From Octopus vulgaris (lineage: Eukaryota): 64,000 bases of DNA. Shown piece by piece: positions 1-15,615 of this stretch (position 1 is the stretch's first letter; each line of letters starts with the position of its first letter). The notes below the pieces were generated by a model that worked only from the letters and a program-made list of their open reading frames with translations, ran no database searches and was not told the origin of the DNA. The translations under genes and the position numbers were made by a program. The DNA is taken from the NCBI GenBank assembly GCA_951406725.2, contig OX597835.1, positions 11,718,001-11,782,000 on the forward strand, written 5' to 3'.

Positions 1-1165
<1,165 letters not shown>

Positions 1166-3015
1166 TATATTCATAATAATGTTGGCAGCAGTTTCATTCA
1201 CATGTTAATGAAACCAGGAATCAATGGCAGCGGTTCTATCTGTATGTCAAAGAAATTATTTTACTAGGTTTGCCGATCGTCACAGTAAGCGTTTACCTTA
1301 AAAACCAATATTATTGACGTGAAGTGTATAATGGATGTAAAGGAATATAAATGTTGAATGAAAGAAGTCGATTTCCATTTATTTCACTGTGAGAATCTTT
1401 CCAAAATATAATAAGATTCTATCTAAGATCCCCGTGTCTATTTCTCACTTGATGCAGCTGTCCTCACTTGCCACCGTAACTTTTTGTAGTGCAACGTATC
1501 ACGTAGTATAATTGAATTTCCTTAAAAAAGGATTTATTTCAAATAGCGATTTTGTATTAATGAATGCATGCGACGTAACGTAAGTGTCAATATGTTACTG
1601 TTCTGGCCATTATTTTCGGATGGCACCGTATTTAGACGCCTTTGTCATTCGCTTCTGTTTATGCGTTGACTGTTGCGGACTGTCATATATGTATTGAAGA
1701 AGACATCGAGAATAATTATTTTTTGTAACTTTACGGTAGATATTGAATTCAGTACAGTTGCTATAGTGAACGTGGGCTATGATTCCGCACACAGGAATTG
1801 TGAGGTGCTTTCGCTCACAGAATGACAAAAAAAAATCTATTAATAATATTTGCGGAGAAAACAAATATGAATAATTCCTGGGACGCTAAGGATGGAGAAT
1901 GTTAATATCAAATATGAATGCAAATAAAATCACAGATAAAGCTGTTGTAATAACAACGGTGACAGGTGATGTGTGTTAATAGACAAGTGAGAAAAATTAA
2001 TGAAATCATGAGGAAAAAAATGGGCATAGATAATGAAGGAGAGAAAAATGATATTTCTAAAGGTGTTTTGTGATGAGGTGGGAGAAAATGGAACCAAAAT
2101 ATTGTAACTCCTCACTAGTATACCTTTCGTCACACCAGTTGTGCCTCTCAGACCCCCTGCTCCCAGTTTTTTTTAATTCTCAAAAAATCAATACTCCGAA
2201 ATTCCCTCTCTCTCCTAACACATTTTATTCCTTGCAACCGTCAACTTGCGACTGTTCCACAGAAATATTAACTGCGGCAATCTCATCTTGTATCTGTCTC
2301 CGGAGCAAATTAATTGAATAATGAACGTAAAACAGATACATCCAGTTAATGTCAGAGTTGATGGGAAAGAGAACAGTCGTGGTCAATATATTTCTTAATT
2401 CATTAGCTCTTTACTTCTTCAAGTGTTCGGTATTGTAACCAAAATGTCGGCACTGGCATAGCTACTATAAAAGTATTTCTCGAACACAGTATAATCGTGT
2501 GTCCAAAAAATCCGATATCCGTATCTTTCCAGTGCATGCAGGAATAATCCTGTCACCGAAATGAATTCAATAATTAACAACATAAGACAATTCGAATATA
2601 ACAGAGAATATGTAATGGGATTTTTTTGAAAAGCCGAATGAACGATACATGCTACAATATTCATGTAATAGATAGACATAGAGTAATGAGACATGAAAAA
2701 ACAACAACAATATAGCTATGCACCAAGAGATTAACCAGTTCGAATGTCTAAAATGTGTTTGATATATACCAAGACAATCCTGAAAAAAATCCCAGTTCGT
2801 CTGAACATTGCGGCGACAGTGCACTCGAATCCCCAGCCCTAAACGAATTTAGTTTGAATAAACAATATACTTTATATCGTGTAATGAGTCATCTCCTTCG
2901 CACTCGTCGATTATCTGTAACACTTGAATCTGTATTTGTATATACGTGTGTATATGTGGATATATATGAATGTAGATAGAGATAAACAGACACACACACA
3001 CACACACACACACAT

Positions 3016-3072
<57 letters not shown>

Positions 3073-3600
3073 TGTATACCTACATACATATAGAAATACG
3101 TAATTCAGTGAGATAAACAAAGACAAAGAGTCACAAAGATGGGGTCACTTACAGAAAAAAAGAAAGAAAGAGGGAGCTGGCATACAATTGACCGAAAAGG
3201 TCGCCACCATTTTACAAATAGCAAATTTGATATATAGACGAGAATCAAGAATTGTTTAAACGTTCTATATTTGATCATAATCAGATCAATGCATAATGTT
3301 TAACGGTGGGAAGACTCTTTTAATCTCTTGTTATGTTTAGAAATTCTAGCATTTATTATACAAGCATATATACACACACATGCACACACTCACACACAAA
3401 TGTATATAGGGAGCTATCTAGGTATGCATAAATACACGCAATCTAGGTATGCATAAATACACGCAACACACACTCAAACACATATACCTGTTAATACATA
3501 CATACATACACACGTACATACATACATACATGCATATATATATATATATAATTACTTGCATATCTATATATATCTCTATATGTGTCTGTATATATGTATG

Positions 3601-3716
<116 letters not shown>

Positions 3717-4111
3717 TGCATATATGCATAGGTATATACATAAAACAGACATATATTTGAAAATATATATGCCCATATATATATGTATACAGACGTACGT
3801 ATGTATATGCAAATATATATGTGCATCTACACACCGCACACACACACACATACGCATATATGCATATATATATATGTATACAGATACTGATAAAGGGAAG
3901 AAAACAAAGAGATGAGGGCAGAACGGTTTGGTATAATATAATATATGAGTTCTATAAGGGGCAACCATTTAAAAGGGTTAACGGATGGATAGACAACTTC
4001 AGACATTCAGACAGTCATACACAAGTATGTATAGCTTGATGCAAAGCTACACACACATATATCCATATGTACATACATAAATATATATATATGTGTATGT
4101 ATATATATGTG

Positions 4112-4167
<56 letters not shown>

Positions 4168-4176
4168 TAAATGTAC

Positions 4177-4233
<57 letters not shown>

Positions 4234-4639
4234 GTTTGTGACAAGATAAATGGGAAATAAACAGATTATCTATAATTGAGAGTAAAACGAATTGGAAATC
4301 TGAAAGCTAGAATTCTTCCGAATGACTGTTTTAATAATGATATAGAGGCAGCCTTTATCCGCGAATGAACGGGTATTCTGCCCACGATATCAATGAATAA
4401 TATATCCCATTATCGATGTTGGTTACTTAGAAGACAAACTGCCTAGCGTAAATATATCGTCTTTCAATCCACTTCTACTAATATACTTCAGAATCTTATC
4501 CGAAAATGCTATGGTCTTACTTTTAAGTCATAAGTATATAGCAGTTAGGTCGTGGGGTCAGGAACACAAATATATGTGCATATTGGAGATTTTGTATAAA
4601 TTGTATATGTGCTGATACATAAATACACACATACATGCG

Positions 4640-4685
<46 letters not shown>

Positions 4686-4774
4686 AGAAAGAAAAATTTT
4701 ATTCAACGCATAAATACTGAACAATATATATATATTTAAGGATAAAATCTTTTTTAAAAGCAGAGAAATTTGTC

Positions 4775-4851
4775 GGCAGCCATCCATGAGGATCGAACTA
4801 ACACGCCTCCAGTATCTGGTTGGAATGATCTGTCATTTAGGCTAAACTGCC
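4775..4851 (-). pseudogene. More diverged tRNA-like copy (left arm of the inverted repeat)
   Basis: Reverse complement reads GGCAGTTTAGCCTAAATGACAGATCATTCCAACCAGATACTGGAGGCGTGTTAGTTCGATCCTCATGGATGGCTGCC. Confidence 0.65.
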
Positions 4852-4984
4852 CGACCGGCAAACTCTTCTGCAAATTTAGAGGTTACATACCTATGTAAAC
4901 AAACAAGTTTGATTTCGAAGCGTTGAAGTGTATAGTAGAGTCATCAGGCAGAACTTCTAAGATTGCTGAAAAGTTTGCCGGTCG

Positions 4985-5062
4985 GGCAGTTTAGCTTAAA
5001 TGGTAGAGCATTCCAACCGGATATTGGAAGGGTATGAGTTCGATTCTCATGGCTGGCTGCCG
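4985..5062 (+). pseudogene. tRNA-like cloverleaf (tRNA pseudogene or SINE-like head)
   Basis: Acceptor GGCAGTT/GGCTGCC; D stem GCTT/GAGC; anticodon stem TTCCAA/TTGGAA with loop CCGGATA; T stem ATGAG/CTCAT with TTCGATT loop. There is a 4-nt insertion before the acceptor 3' strand and T-runs downstream. Confidence 0.75.
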
Positions 5063-5660
5063 GCAAATTTTACTGCTTTTAAAAAAGAATTTTATCCTTA
5101 TATATATACTGTTCAATATTTAATTGTTTGTTTACATAGGGCGTAATATGTATACCACTTTATGCGTCTGTGTCACAGTTGATGATGAGAAAAGGAAGTG
5201 GAATCAGACATGTCTCGAACCCTTTGTATCAAAGGGGAGACAAACATTTTTGTAACGGTTTTTCCAATCTCTAGAGAAAAAAAATCAATCAGAAAGGAAC
5301 TCTATCTCACTCAAAATATCTTTTGATAAGCATAACAAATGCGCAACCGGTAAACACTTACTTTTTTTATTCTACACTGAAATCTGACATTGAACTTTTC
5401 CACAAAAAACTGTATATTACACGCTTTTACTAAATATCTTATTCTGAAACAGAACACTGTAAAAGACTCTTACTTTTTTTCTTATACACTGAAATCATTC
5501 ACAAAAAATGAACATTGTATTCTAACCAAATTTTTGTCTTTTTTTGTTTAAAAAAAGAACTTTCACCTAATTAAATACACTCTCCCTTACTTAAATTATT
5601 TTGTCAGCATTTTCTTCATTTCCTTTTTTTTTTATATATCACAACTCGTGTTCCACATCT

Positions 5661-5735
<75 letters not shown>

Positions 5736-5738
<3 letters not shown>

Positions 5739-6023
5739 GCGCAATGGCCCAGTGGTTAGGGCAGCGGACTCGCGGTCGTAGGATCGTGGCTTCGATTCCC
5801 AGACCAGGCGTTGTGTGTGTTTATTGAGCGAAAACACTTAAAAGCTCCACGAGGCTCCGGCAGGGGGTGGTGATCCCTGCTGTACTCTTTCACCACTCTT
5901 TCTCACACTCTTTCTTCTGTTGGCCTGCTCGCTTAGCCAGCGGGGTGGCGTCATTCGAAGGCTAAAACAATGTGAATGCATTGTGACCAGCGATGTGTAG
6001 CGACATCTGATGGTCTGGGCGGT

Positions 6024-6030
<7 letters not shown>
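5736..6030 (+). mobile_element. tRNA-derived SINE family A (tail type 1)
   Basis: Head GAGGCGCAATGGCCCAGTGGTTAGGGCAGCGGACTCGCGG...TTCGATTCCC with A and B boxes; shared with the copies at 16630, 34442, 39523 and 63420. Confidence 0.9.
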
Positions 6031-6096
<66 letters not shown>

Positions 6097-6229
6097 GTTT
6101 CGGTATATACATATTTATGTACACATACATATACATATATATATATATATGTATATAATAATAATAATAATAATATCTATATAAATATTCATTCGAATAT
6201 TTACTCCTGTATCGTAAATCTATGCACTG

Positions 6230-6560
6230 ATATTGTTTTGGATTTGGCGAGAGGGTATCCAACGCTTAACGGACACAACGAGGCGAATAGGATTTTGACA
6301 CTGGATATTTAGTAAGACCCGCTGAAGAGAATTGAGGAAGAATCCGGAATTCGAAATCATGATACAGGTATATTTATTACCTAACCCCACAGATTTTAGC
6401 TGAGTTAAAATGTTAAGTTTTCCTCTGCTCGTTTGGCCGATTTCTGTTGAACTGTTATGATTTTCAGTGAGTTCGGTGGTTTTTTGTGTATCTTAACTTT
6501 TATTTCTAGCAAGCTGGTACTTCGTGTACCGTCTATTATAATTAGCTCTTAATTATAAAC
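6230..6560 (+). mobile_element. Penelope-like element 3' remnant (ORF C-terminus plus pseudo-LTR)
   Basis: The frame ends ...ARGYPTLNGHNEANRILTLDI*, with a P-x-LN motif reminiscent of PLE GIY-YIG C-termini. A hammerhead motif follows within 10 bp. Confidence 0.5.
6317..6369 (+). ncRNA. Minimal type-I hammerhead ribozyme (C3-G8 core)
   Basis: ACCCG-CTGAAGA-GAATT...AATTC-GAAA-TCATG-ATA-CAGGT. Stem II GAATT/AATTC; stem III palindrome ATCATGAT; stem I 4 of 5 pairs. Predicted cleavage after A6364. Confidence 0.75.
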
Positions 6561-7497
6561 TTTTATTTGTGTGTGTTTGTGTTGTGTGTGTGTGTGTGTG
6601 TGTGTGTTTCTATTCCTGAAGGAGGTAGCATGTACGTGTCTGAGTGTGAAAGAGACAGAAAGAGGGAGAGAGAGTGTGTATGTGTGTCTGTTCGTTTGTG
6701 TGTGTGTGTGTGTGTGTGAGTGTGTGTGTTTGTGTGTGTGTGTGTTTGAGAGAGACAGAGAGAGAGAGAGAGAGGAATTTAATGAATGAAGAAATGTTGG
6801 CTATGGCTTAATATAAGTTTAGCTGCTACATTTCGAAACAGATGTTATAAAAACTTCGGTCTGATGTGGCGAAAAATCATTTTTATTGTTTACCGAGTTT
6901 TCAATTTGTAGTTACCGAATACAAGACAGACGTATACAAAGATAATTCAAACACACACACACAAACACACAAACAAACACAAACACACACACACAGATTA
7001 TTTATAAATTTTTATATCTTCTATCATAATTATTTATTATCTTTACATTATTTATAAGTCTCACGTTAATCTTATTATCTTCAGGATATTTACACCTTCC
7101 CAGTATTTTCATCAAAACATTTTTTTATATTCCCACTTTATCTCCCGTTTACATTCTTCAGTATATTTCATACATTTTTTCATCGACATCTTTATTATTT
7201 TCTATATATTTTACAACCTAATCACGCCATTAACTCAAGTTTTTAGGCGTTACTCTTTATCATTTCCTATTCACCAATCAGCGTATTCAATACCATTCAT
7301 TGCAAACCTTCTATCATTTAATCACTTATTTTATAATACTTGGAATTCCCTCATTTACCGCTAACAACACAACTTTATGTTATTTACAACCTATTTCTCA
7401 TTTCTTATAACTCACACAACTTTTCATTTCTTTCTCTTTATTTTGCATTGTATTGTTTGTGCTTTATATTTACAAACACACACACACACACATACAC

Positions 7498-7530
<33 letters not shown>

Positions 7531-7605
7531 TGTATGTATATTTGATTCGCTAGCCTCTGCACGCATTTTTTTTCTCTCCTTCTTTCTGTGTTTCTTCTCT
7601 GTGTA

Positions 7606-7643
7606 TCTTTCTGTTGAAGAGCGTAGGCTCGAAACGTTAAAGA
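7606..7643 (+). ncRNA. Hammerhead-like motif with variant core (CUGUUGA+A)
   Basis: TCTTT-CTGTTGA-A-GAGC-GTAG-GCTC-GAAAC-GTT-AAAGA. Stems I (5 bp) and II (4 bp) pair perfectly; core position 6 is U rather than A. Confidence 0.55.
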
Positions 7644-7770
7644 CTTGTTTTATTTATATTCCTGAGCGCCATACTAATACAATTGTTTGTTTGTATTCCA
7701 CCTGCCTTCGTCTTTTGTTTATTTCCGTAAACCTGCCTTCGTCTTTTGTCTATTTTCATAAAGCTTCCCG

Positions 7771-8162
<392 letters not shown>

Positions 8163-8384
8163 GAATGTCTTATTAATACTTTGCTTGTACCACGCCCTCG
8201 CGCTGTTATTTCTGGTATGTTTTTCCTCCGTTTTTTTTAGATTAATTATGTGTGTGTGTGTATGTGTGTGTGTGTGTGTGTGCGTGTGTGTGCGTGCGTG
8301 TGTGCGTGTGTGTGAATGACCTACCGAAATCCTTGATTATTGTTTCTTCCGTTTGAAAAGGGAAATATAGGATCAATAAATACC

Positions 8385-8616
8385 TATTTCTTTATTACTC
8401 ACTAGGGGCTAAACACAGAGGGGACAAACAAGGACATACATAGGTATTAAGTCGATTACATCGACCCCAGTGTGTAACTGGTACTTAATTTATCGACCCC
8501 GAAAGGATGAAAGGCAAAGTCGACCTCGGCGGAATTTGAACTCACAACGTAACGCAGACGAAATACCGCTAAGCATTTCGACCGGCGTGCTAACGTTTCT
8601 GCCAGCTCGCCGCCTT
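8385..8616 (-). mobile_element. SINE family C with 23-bp TSD
   Basis: GGCGGCGAGCTGGCAGAAACG...GAGTTCAAATTCC...TTTCATCCTTTCGGGGTCGATAAATTAAGTACCAG. TSD GAAATATAGGATCAATAAATACC at 8362-8384 and 8617-8639. Confidence 0.9.
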
Positions 8617-9470
8617 GAAATATAGGATCAATAAATACCACTTCGCCTTCATTGCTCCAACCATATATTTTATCATTGCTATCGTATAAAAAGAGAAAAT
8701 ATATGAAGAAAAAGCTGTAAATCATTTTCCAGCCTGTCATTTCGGTTTTTGTAACACATTAGCCTATTTCGCTTCAGTAAGGTCATTCACATTGACACAA
8801 CATCAATAAACGAGAATGGGAGTTCCAACGTTATTATCTTCACTTGGAATACATGACGTTTCAGGGATTGTATCGCAGCCAGTTAGACACCAACTGCAAA
8901 CTAGACTTAAATCTGTTTTGAACTCAATACTATCGATATATAAAACTTCACCACTTAGTCTGACATTTCATAAATTTCGTTATTATTCCACTAACATTTT
9001 CCTTACAAAATGATATTAAAGGTCATGGCGTATCTTCCTTTATATTTAGTCCTGTTTTTGCTTTTCCTTTTTAATATTTCTTTTAATAGTTATTTTGTGC
9101 TTCCAATTTTCTTTCAGATTCATTGTTTTGTCTTTTGCCTCACTTTCTAAATTGCTTCAAAATGTTCCTGTGATCCTCCCTCTTCTCTTCCGGCTTGTTT
9201 TCTATTTCCTCTTCATCATCCTCTATTTGTCTGCATTTCTTTTGCCCTCCTCTTCACCATCATCATTGTCATTGTACAATCAGTAACAACGCCACCATCA
9301 CCAGCAACACCGGCATCGTGCTTATCATCACCAAAGAGACCGCTATCATCGCTGTCGTCAGCATCACCAACCACATCGTTATCATCAACATCATCGTCGT
9401 CATCGTCGTTGTCGTTTCCGACATTGTTACCGCCTTTTGTCATTGTCATCGTCGTCCTGATCATCATCAC

Positions 9471-9511
<41 letters not shown>

Positions 9512-9515
9512 CCAC

Positions 9516-9573
<58 letters not shown>

Positions 9574-9725
9574 TTCATCATCGTCATCATCATCATCGTC
9601 ATCATCATCATCATCGTCGTCGTCGTCGTCGTCGTCATAATCATCTTCAAGTAAAGCTGATCTTTGCAAAGAACCGTTAGCATGCCGGGCGAAATGCTTA
9701 GCTGCATTTCGTTCGTCACCAAAAC

Positions 9726-9797
<72 letters not shown>

Positions 9798-9805
9798 CAT
9801 TATTA

Positions 9806-9927
9806 TTCAGTAGTTTTATTTTTATAGCGTGCTTTCACTTCACTACCGAGCGCAGCTCTGTGTGCCTTGGGTATGTGCTGTGATTTGTTGTGATGCTCTG
9901 ATGGTTATTCTATGGAAAGTGTTCTGC

Positions 9928-9928
<1 letters not shown>
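9806..9928 (-). mobile_element. 3' tip of an R4/Dong-like LINE inside (AAT)n
   Basis: Near-identical to 57055-57178; flanked on both sides by ATT repeats. Confidence 0.8.
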
Positions 9929-10007
<79 letters not shown>

Positions 10008-10086
10008 CATTAAGTTGGTACATACTACTTTAACTAGCAGGCGTTTTAATTTGAATTTTGGTGGGTGACAATAACCCTTTTAAAAA

Positions 10087-10505
10087 GGGCGGCAAGCTGG
10101 CAGAAACGTTAGAACGCCGGGCGAAATGTTTAGCGTTATTTCGTCTGCCGTTACGTTCTGAGTTCAAATTCCACCGAGGTCGACTTTGCTTTTCATCCTT
10201 TCGGGGTCGATAAATTAAGTACCAGTTACGCACTGGGGTCGATATAATCGACTTAATCCGTTTGTCTGTCCTTGTTTGTCTCCTCTCTGTGTGTAATCCC
10301 TTGTGGGTAGTAAAGAAATAGGTATTTCATCAACCGTTCCGTTCTGAGTTCAAATTCCACCGAGGTCGACTTTGCCTTTCATTCTTTCGGGTTTCGATTA
10401 AATAAGTACTAATTACGCACTGGGGTCGATCTAATCGACTTAATCCCTTTGTCTGTCATTGTTTGTCCCCTCTGTGTTTAGTCTCCTGCGGGCAATAAAG
10501 AAATA
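10087..10505 (+). mobile_element. SINE family C with duplicated 3' unit
   Basis: Head at 10087; a second body starts at GGTATTTC, 10321. Confidence 0.85.
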
Positions 10506-10509
10506 TGTT

Positions 10510-11870
10510 TGTTCAAATCATAAGAATTTCTTACGAATTCTTGTAGAATATATGGAGATGATTTTTTGCCAGTCGGAAATGCGAGTTTCAATTCCAAATG
10601 TAACTGATAGTTGTTTTAGGTAATAAGTCTTCCGCAGTCTCTTCAATTTTCTGAATAGGTCCTAATATTTATCTACCATTTCGATTTCTTTAGTATCGTC
10701 TCTGCTGTCATGGGTAATTGCAAATTCTATGATCTTACACTGACTTTTTTCTTTTTTTCGTCTTCTATGATCATATCTGGTCTTCTTGCTTCAATACTTT
10801 CTTCAGTATTTATGAAAAAATCCCATAAGATCCTGAAATTCTCACTTTCTATGATAGCGTCTGGTTCGTGTTCATAACACATTTCTCATGCTCTGAAGCC
10901 ACTCTTTCGACGAACAACCCTTTTGCCTACATGGTCCTGCCTGCGATTATACTCTTTTTGTGCTAGCTCACTGCACTCACTGCAGAAATGATTGATACTT
11001 TCCAACCCTTTCCTGCAAATTATATATTTGCTGTTTGACTGAGTTTTGTCAATCTTCGCCTTTATCAGATTTGTTCTAAAGGCTTCTTTCCACTTCAGAA
11101 AATGAGCTGAATATCTCAACACTAGCGCCGCCCATGTATTTATGGCTTTAACAATGTTACTGCCATTCTATTTAATTTTATTTTCAAGACTTTCCTAATC
11201 CTCCACATGTACTGTTCGGTGATTTTCTCTCTCATTTGCCATTCCGCAATCCTATCGTCCTGCAGCGCTCATAGACATTTGTACCTCTTATTATTCCACA
11301 GCGATCTTATATACGTTGTTTTGTGGTAATTCTATGCTACCAGAGTTTATCTTCCGGTCTCTCTTCATAATTCGCCCTGCGCACTTATTTACCCAAAATT
11401 ACATTTAAATATCTTTACCGTATATTTTCACTGTTTAGGTCAAATAAAACAGGTCTTTCTCATTTTTTTTGTATATAAGCCTGAGGTCATCCCCTGCTCT
11501 CTTTTGGCTTCTAAACCCAAGAATTGGCACAACGGCAGAAGCTGTGCAGTAGATAAGGTCGTTTAGATCTTTTATTTTTTCAGTGTAGATTTTCGTTAAC
11601 AGTTCGTCCATCTTTTTCATCACGTTACTTAGTCTACTTCTTTCGATTCCTCTCTGAGTTGGCAGTCTCTTTTTCTTTCATTAGTTCATACATCTTTGGA
11701 GCTCTGAAGTAAGCTATTTTCATTTTCTGTAACAATCACGAAGTAAACTTCGCCTTCGTCCGCGCAACCCTTTCATTTCTTGTAATTTATTGGTCCTTCG
11801 GTTAATCTCTGCCTCTTCTTGTTCTGATTATCTCTCTTCGTGTTTAGAGTAGTCATGTACACACGCTTTC
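10510..11870 (-). mobile_element. Decayed, internally deleted R4/Dong-like LINE (RT remnant, CCHC finger, RLE)
   Basis: AFRTNLIKAKIDKTQSNSKYIICRKGLESINHFCSECSELAQKEYNRRQDHV (zinc knuckle); downstream ILWDF...RRPDMII...KY*DL endonuclease motifs; many stops. Confidence 0.85.
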
Positions 11871-11881
11871 ACTATTGTGGA

Positions 11882-11917
11882 AACTACTACTAGTAGCAAT
11901 AGTAGTAGTTGTAGTAA

Positions 11918-11950
<33 letters not shown>

Positions 11951-12360
11951 GGTTGATAGTAGTAGTTGTTGTAGTAGTAGTGGTAGTGATAGTATTAATA
12001 GTAATAGTAGTAGAGCTGATAGTAGTCATAGTAGTGGTGGTGATAGTAGTAGTAATAGTAATAGTAGTAGTAAAAGTGGTGATGGTGGTGGGGTTGATAT
12101 TAGTAGTTGTTGTAGTAGCAGTGGTGGTGATAGTAGTAGTAGTGGAGCTGATAGTAGTAGTTGTTGTAGTAGTAGTTGTTGTAGTAGTAGTGGCGGTGAT
12201 AGTAGTAGCAGTGGTGGTGATAGTAGTAGTAGTGGAGTTGATAGTAGTAGTTGTTGTAGTAGTAGTGGCGGTGATAGTAGTAGTGGTAGTAGCAGTAGTA
12301 GTAGTACTGGAGTTGATAGTAGTAGTTGTTGTAGTAGTAGTGGTGGTGATAGTAGTAGTT
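11882..12360. repeat. (GTA)n-derived minisatellite with ~50-bp higher-order unit
   Basis: Recurrent GG(G/A)G(T/C)TGATAGTAGT...TTGTTGTAGTAGTAGTGG(T/C)GGTGATAG units. Confidence 0.85.
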
Positions 12361-12398
12361 TGAATTCTCTACTAAAACTATTTTCACAAAATTTGTGT

Positions 12399-12438
<40 letters not shown>

Positions 12439-12853
12439 TAACAACATTTAATGTGTGTAAATAATTTCTACATATATTTCAATAAAACTTTTCGTTTTAT
12501 GGAAACATTTTTTTTTCAAGTTTCGGTTTTCAAATTGTTTCTTTTTTTTTTTCTTATTTCTACAAGTTTTATCAAAAATATTTGTAAACACGGCATTAAT
12601 AACAACTTCTTGGCTCTGGAGATGGTGCCAAAATTTTTCCATGTCGTAAACCAAGTCGAGATCCGCTAGTGCCGATTTAATCTGGTTTTGTGCCAATCTT
12701 AGAATTCATTCTTCATCATCATCATCTTCTTCTTCTCCTTCTTCTTCTTCTTTTTCTTTTTCTTCTTCTTCTTCTTCTTCTTCTTCTTCTTCTTCTCTTC
12801 TTCTTCTTCTTCTTCTTCTTCTTCTTCTTCTTCTTCTTCTTCTTCTTCTTCTT

Positions 12854-12952
<99 letters not shown>

Positions 12953-13050
12953 TTATGTTTGACTTTTGCTTTACATTTGTACGAGTTGGCTCCAAGTCTC
13001 ACCCAGAGACCTCAAGAGACAACAAATTGGACGGTCATGTTGGTTCATGT
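12953..13050 (-). mobile_element. 3'UTR tip of an R4/Dong-like LINE inside (AAT)n
   Basis: Reverse complement matches the 3'UTR at 47760-47829. Confidence 0.8.
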
Positions 13051-13052
13051 TG

Positions 13053-13146
<94 letters not shown>

Positions 13147-13609
13147 TACTATTATTATTAAGTTTCAAAAAGCTTTAAGTGCGTTTTTACGAAAACATCA
13201 TCTGCACATCCGTATTACTCTGTTACGTGCAACATTGTCGTTTTGTCATGCAGATTTCTGCTTGCTGCATATTACCTGAGATACGTTTTGTTGTGAGTCA
13301 TGATTTGTTGTGGCGTTTCTTTACTACGTGGTGGTTTATTTTGTTGTGAAGTTTGTATGATTCTGTGGTAGTTTAGCGGTTTGTATAGTTTTGAAGCTTG
13401 TTTGTTGTGATGTTTATTTTGTTGTGATGCTTGTTTTGCTGTGGTGTTTATCTTGTTGCGAAGTTTATATCATTGTAAGGTTTGTTTTAATGTGAGGTTT
13501 GCTTTGTTGTGTGTTTTGCATTCTCGTAATGCTTGATTTTTCTGCGATGTATTTTTTCTTGTGGCGTTCGTTGTTAGTCTCCGGTTTTGTCTTGTATATT
13601 TCGCTGATG

Positions 13610-14010
13610 ATTCCACAGAGAAAAATGCATAGCAGAGTTTTTGCTCTTTGTAGGCCCTGATTTCCACAGAGCTCCCAATGGATGATTCTTGTCACATTGT
13701 CGTCGTGTCTTTTGTATTCGCGTTGTGCCAATTTCGAGCATTCGCTAACGATATGACATCATATATTCTGCATTTGTCGCCGTCGGTAGTGTTGTCCATT
13801 CTGCACTTCACATAGTTAGTCCTTAACGCTTGTTCTAGAACTTCACATATAAGTGCTTCTGTCTCTATCTTCAGGTCACTCCTCTTCATCGATAGCATCC
13901 GGTTTTCTGTATCCGTCTTGGCGTCCATTTTTCTTGCAAACTGACCGCACGTATTTTTCTTTTTCTCTTTCCACGAAGTCTTCTTTTCTTTTGGGTTCTT
14001 TTCCCCTTTA
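13610..14010 (-). mobile_element. R4/Dong-like LINE fragment (CCHC region)
   Basis: SDLKIETEALICEVLEQALRTNYVKCRMDNTTDGDKCRI / AQREYKRHDDNVTRIIHWELC, with frameshifts. Confidence 0.85.
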
Positions 14011-14017
14011 AGGTCTT

Positions 14018-14086
<69 letters not shown>

Positions 14087-14359
14087 TATTACTATTATCA
14101 TTAAGGTTGCGAAATCGTTAGCGCATCGGACAAAATGCATAGCAGCGTTTCTTCCGGCTCTTTACATTCTGAACCTACATACTGTCCAATGTCAACTTTG
14201 GGTTTCATCGTTTTGAGTGTTGATAATAAAAAAAGTACCACTTGAGTTCTGGGGTCGATGGCATCGACCAAAACTATTTCAGGCCTAGTGCAAATTCTAG
14301 AAGGGAATATCATTATTATCTGTTGCTGTTTTTGTTGTTAATGTTGTTGTTTATGTTGC

Positions 14360-14403
<44 letters not shown>

Positions 14404-14447
14404 TATTATCATTATTATTGCTATTATTATTATTATGATTATTATTA

Positions 14448-14487
<40 letters not shown>

Positions 14488-14546
14488 CATCATCATCATC
14501 ATTATTCTTATCATTATTCTTATCATTATTATTATCATTATTATTA

Positions 14547-14577
<31 letters not shown>

Positions 14578-15422
14578 CATTATTATCATTATTATTGCTA
14601 TTGTTGTTATTATTATTATTATTATTTTATTATTATCATTATTATCATTATTATTGCTATTATTATTATTATCATTATTATCATTATTATTATTATTATC
14701 ATTATTATTATCATTATTATCATCATCATTATCATCATCATCATCATCATCATCATCATTATTCTTATCATTATTATTATCCGACGCCATTATTACTGTT
14801 ATGACTGCGTTTGATGGTGTTCCTATGATGCGATCAGAATCGATTCTCCTGATACTTGAATATATAAGTCAGCTGAAAGACATACCATTCTACCTAGTGT
14901 ACCAGTAGTAACCATTATATTTATTAGATTTCTGCTAAAAGTTTCATCTATATTACACAGAGTACAGCTTATACTTCTTTCAGATCTATTATTTTCTCAA
15001 TAATATTGAAATATACTCAACGCATAGGCATAAATGTATGTGATTTTGTAAAACAATTTATAAATTGCTTTTGATGAAACACGTTCTTCAAACGCAATTA
15101 CACTCAGACGAAGCAGTCATACATACTTTACATAAATACGTATATACATGCATATATGCATACCTCTCTCTCTCTCCTCCTCTTTCTCTCCCTCTCTCTC
15201 TCTCTCTCTCTCTGTATATATACATATATATATAGAGAGAGAGAGACACACACACATACACACGCTCACACACACTCACACTCACACGTACATACACGCA
15301 GCTCATATATACGCTATTTTAAAATAGATAGATGCAGTCTATAGAATTTCTAATTATTACATATTCACAAATAATCACAGGCACACACACACGCGCGCGG
15401 TCACATCCAACTTATCCATGCT

Positions 15423-15453
<31 letters not shown>

Positions 15454-15489
15454 GTATATGTATATATGTATATGTATATGTATATATTA

Positions 15490-15536
<47 letters not shown>

Positions 15537-15580
15537 TATATATACATGTATATACACATATATATATACACATACACACG

Positions 15581-15615
<35 letters not shown>

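Larger units (their letters stand above)
4710..5123. repeat. Inverted repeat (~170-bp arms) carrying two divergent tRNA-like sequences
   Basis: 4710-4880 is the imperfect reverse complement of 4955-5123, with a ~75-bp spacer. Confidence 0.9.

Noticed and set aside
4905-4955. Minus-strand hammerhead CTGATGA...GAAA
   Set aside because: Stems I, II and III do not pair; kept only as context for the fold-back finding.
4985-5062. Functional tRNA-Ser(GGA) gene
   Set aside because: C instead of U at position 33, a pyrimidine at 37, a 6-bp anticodon stem, a 4-nt insertion and no long variable arm; it lies inside a repeat.
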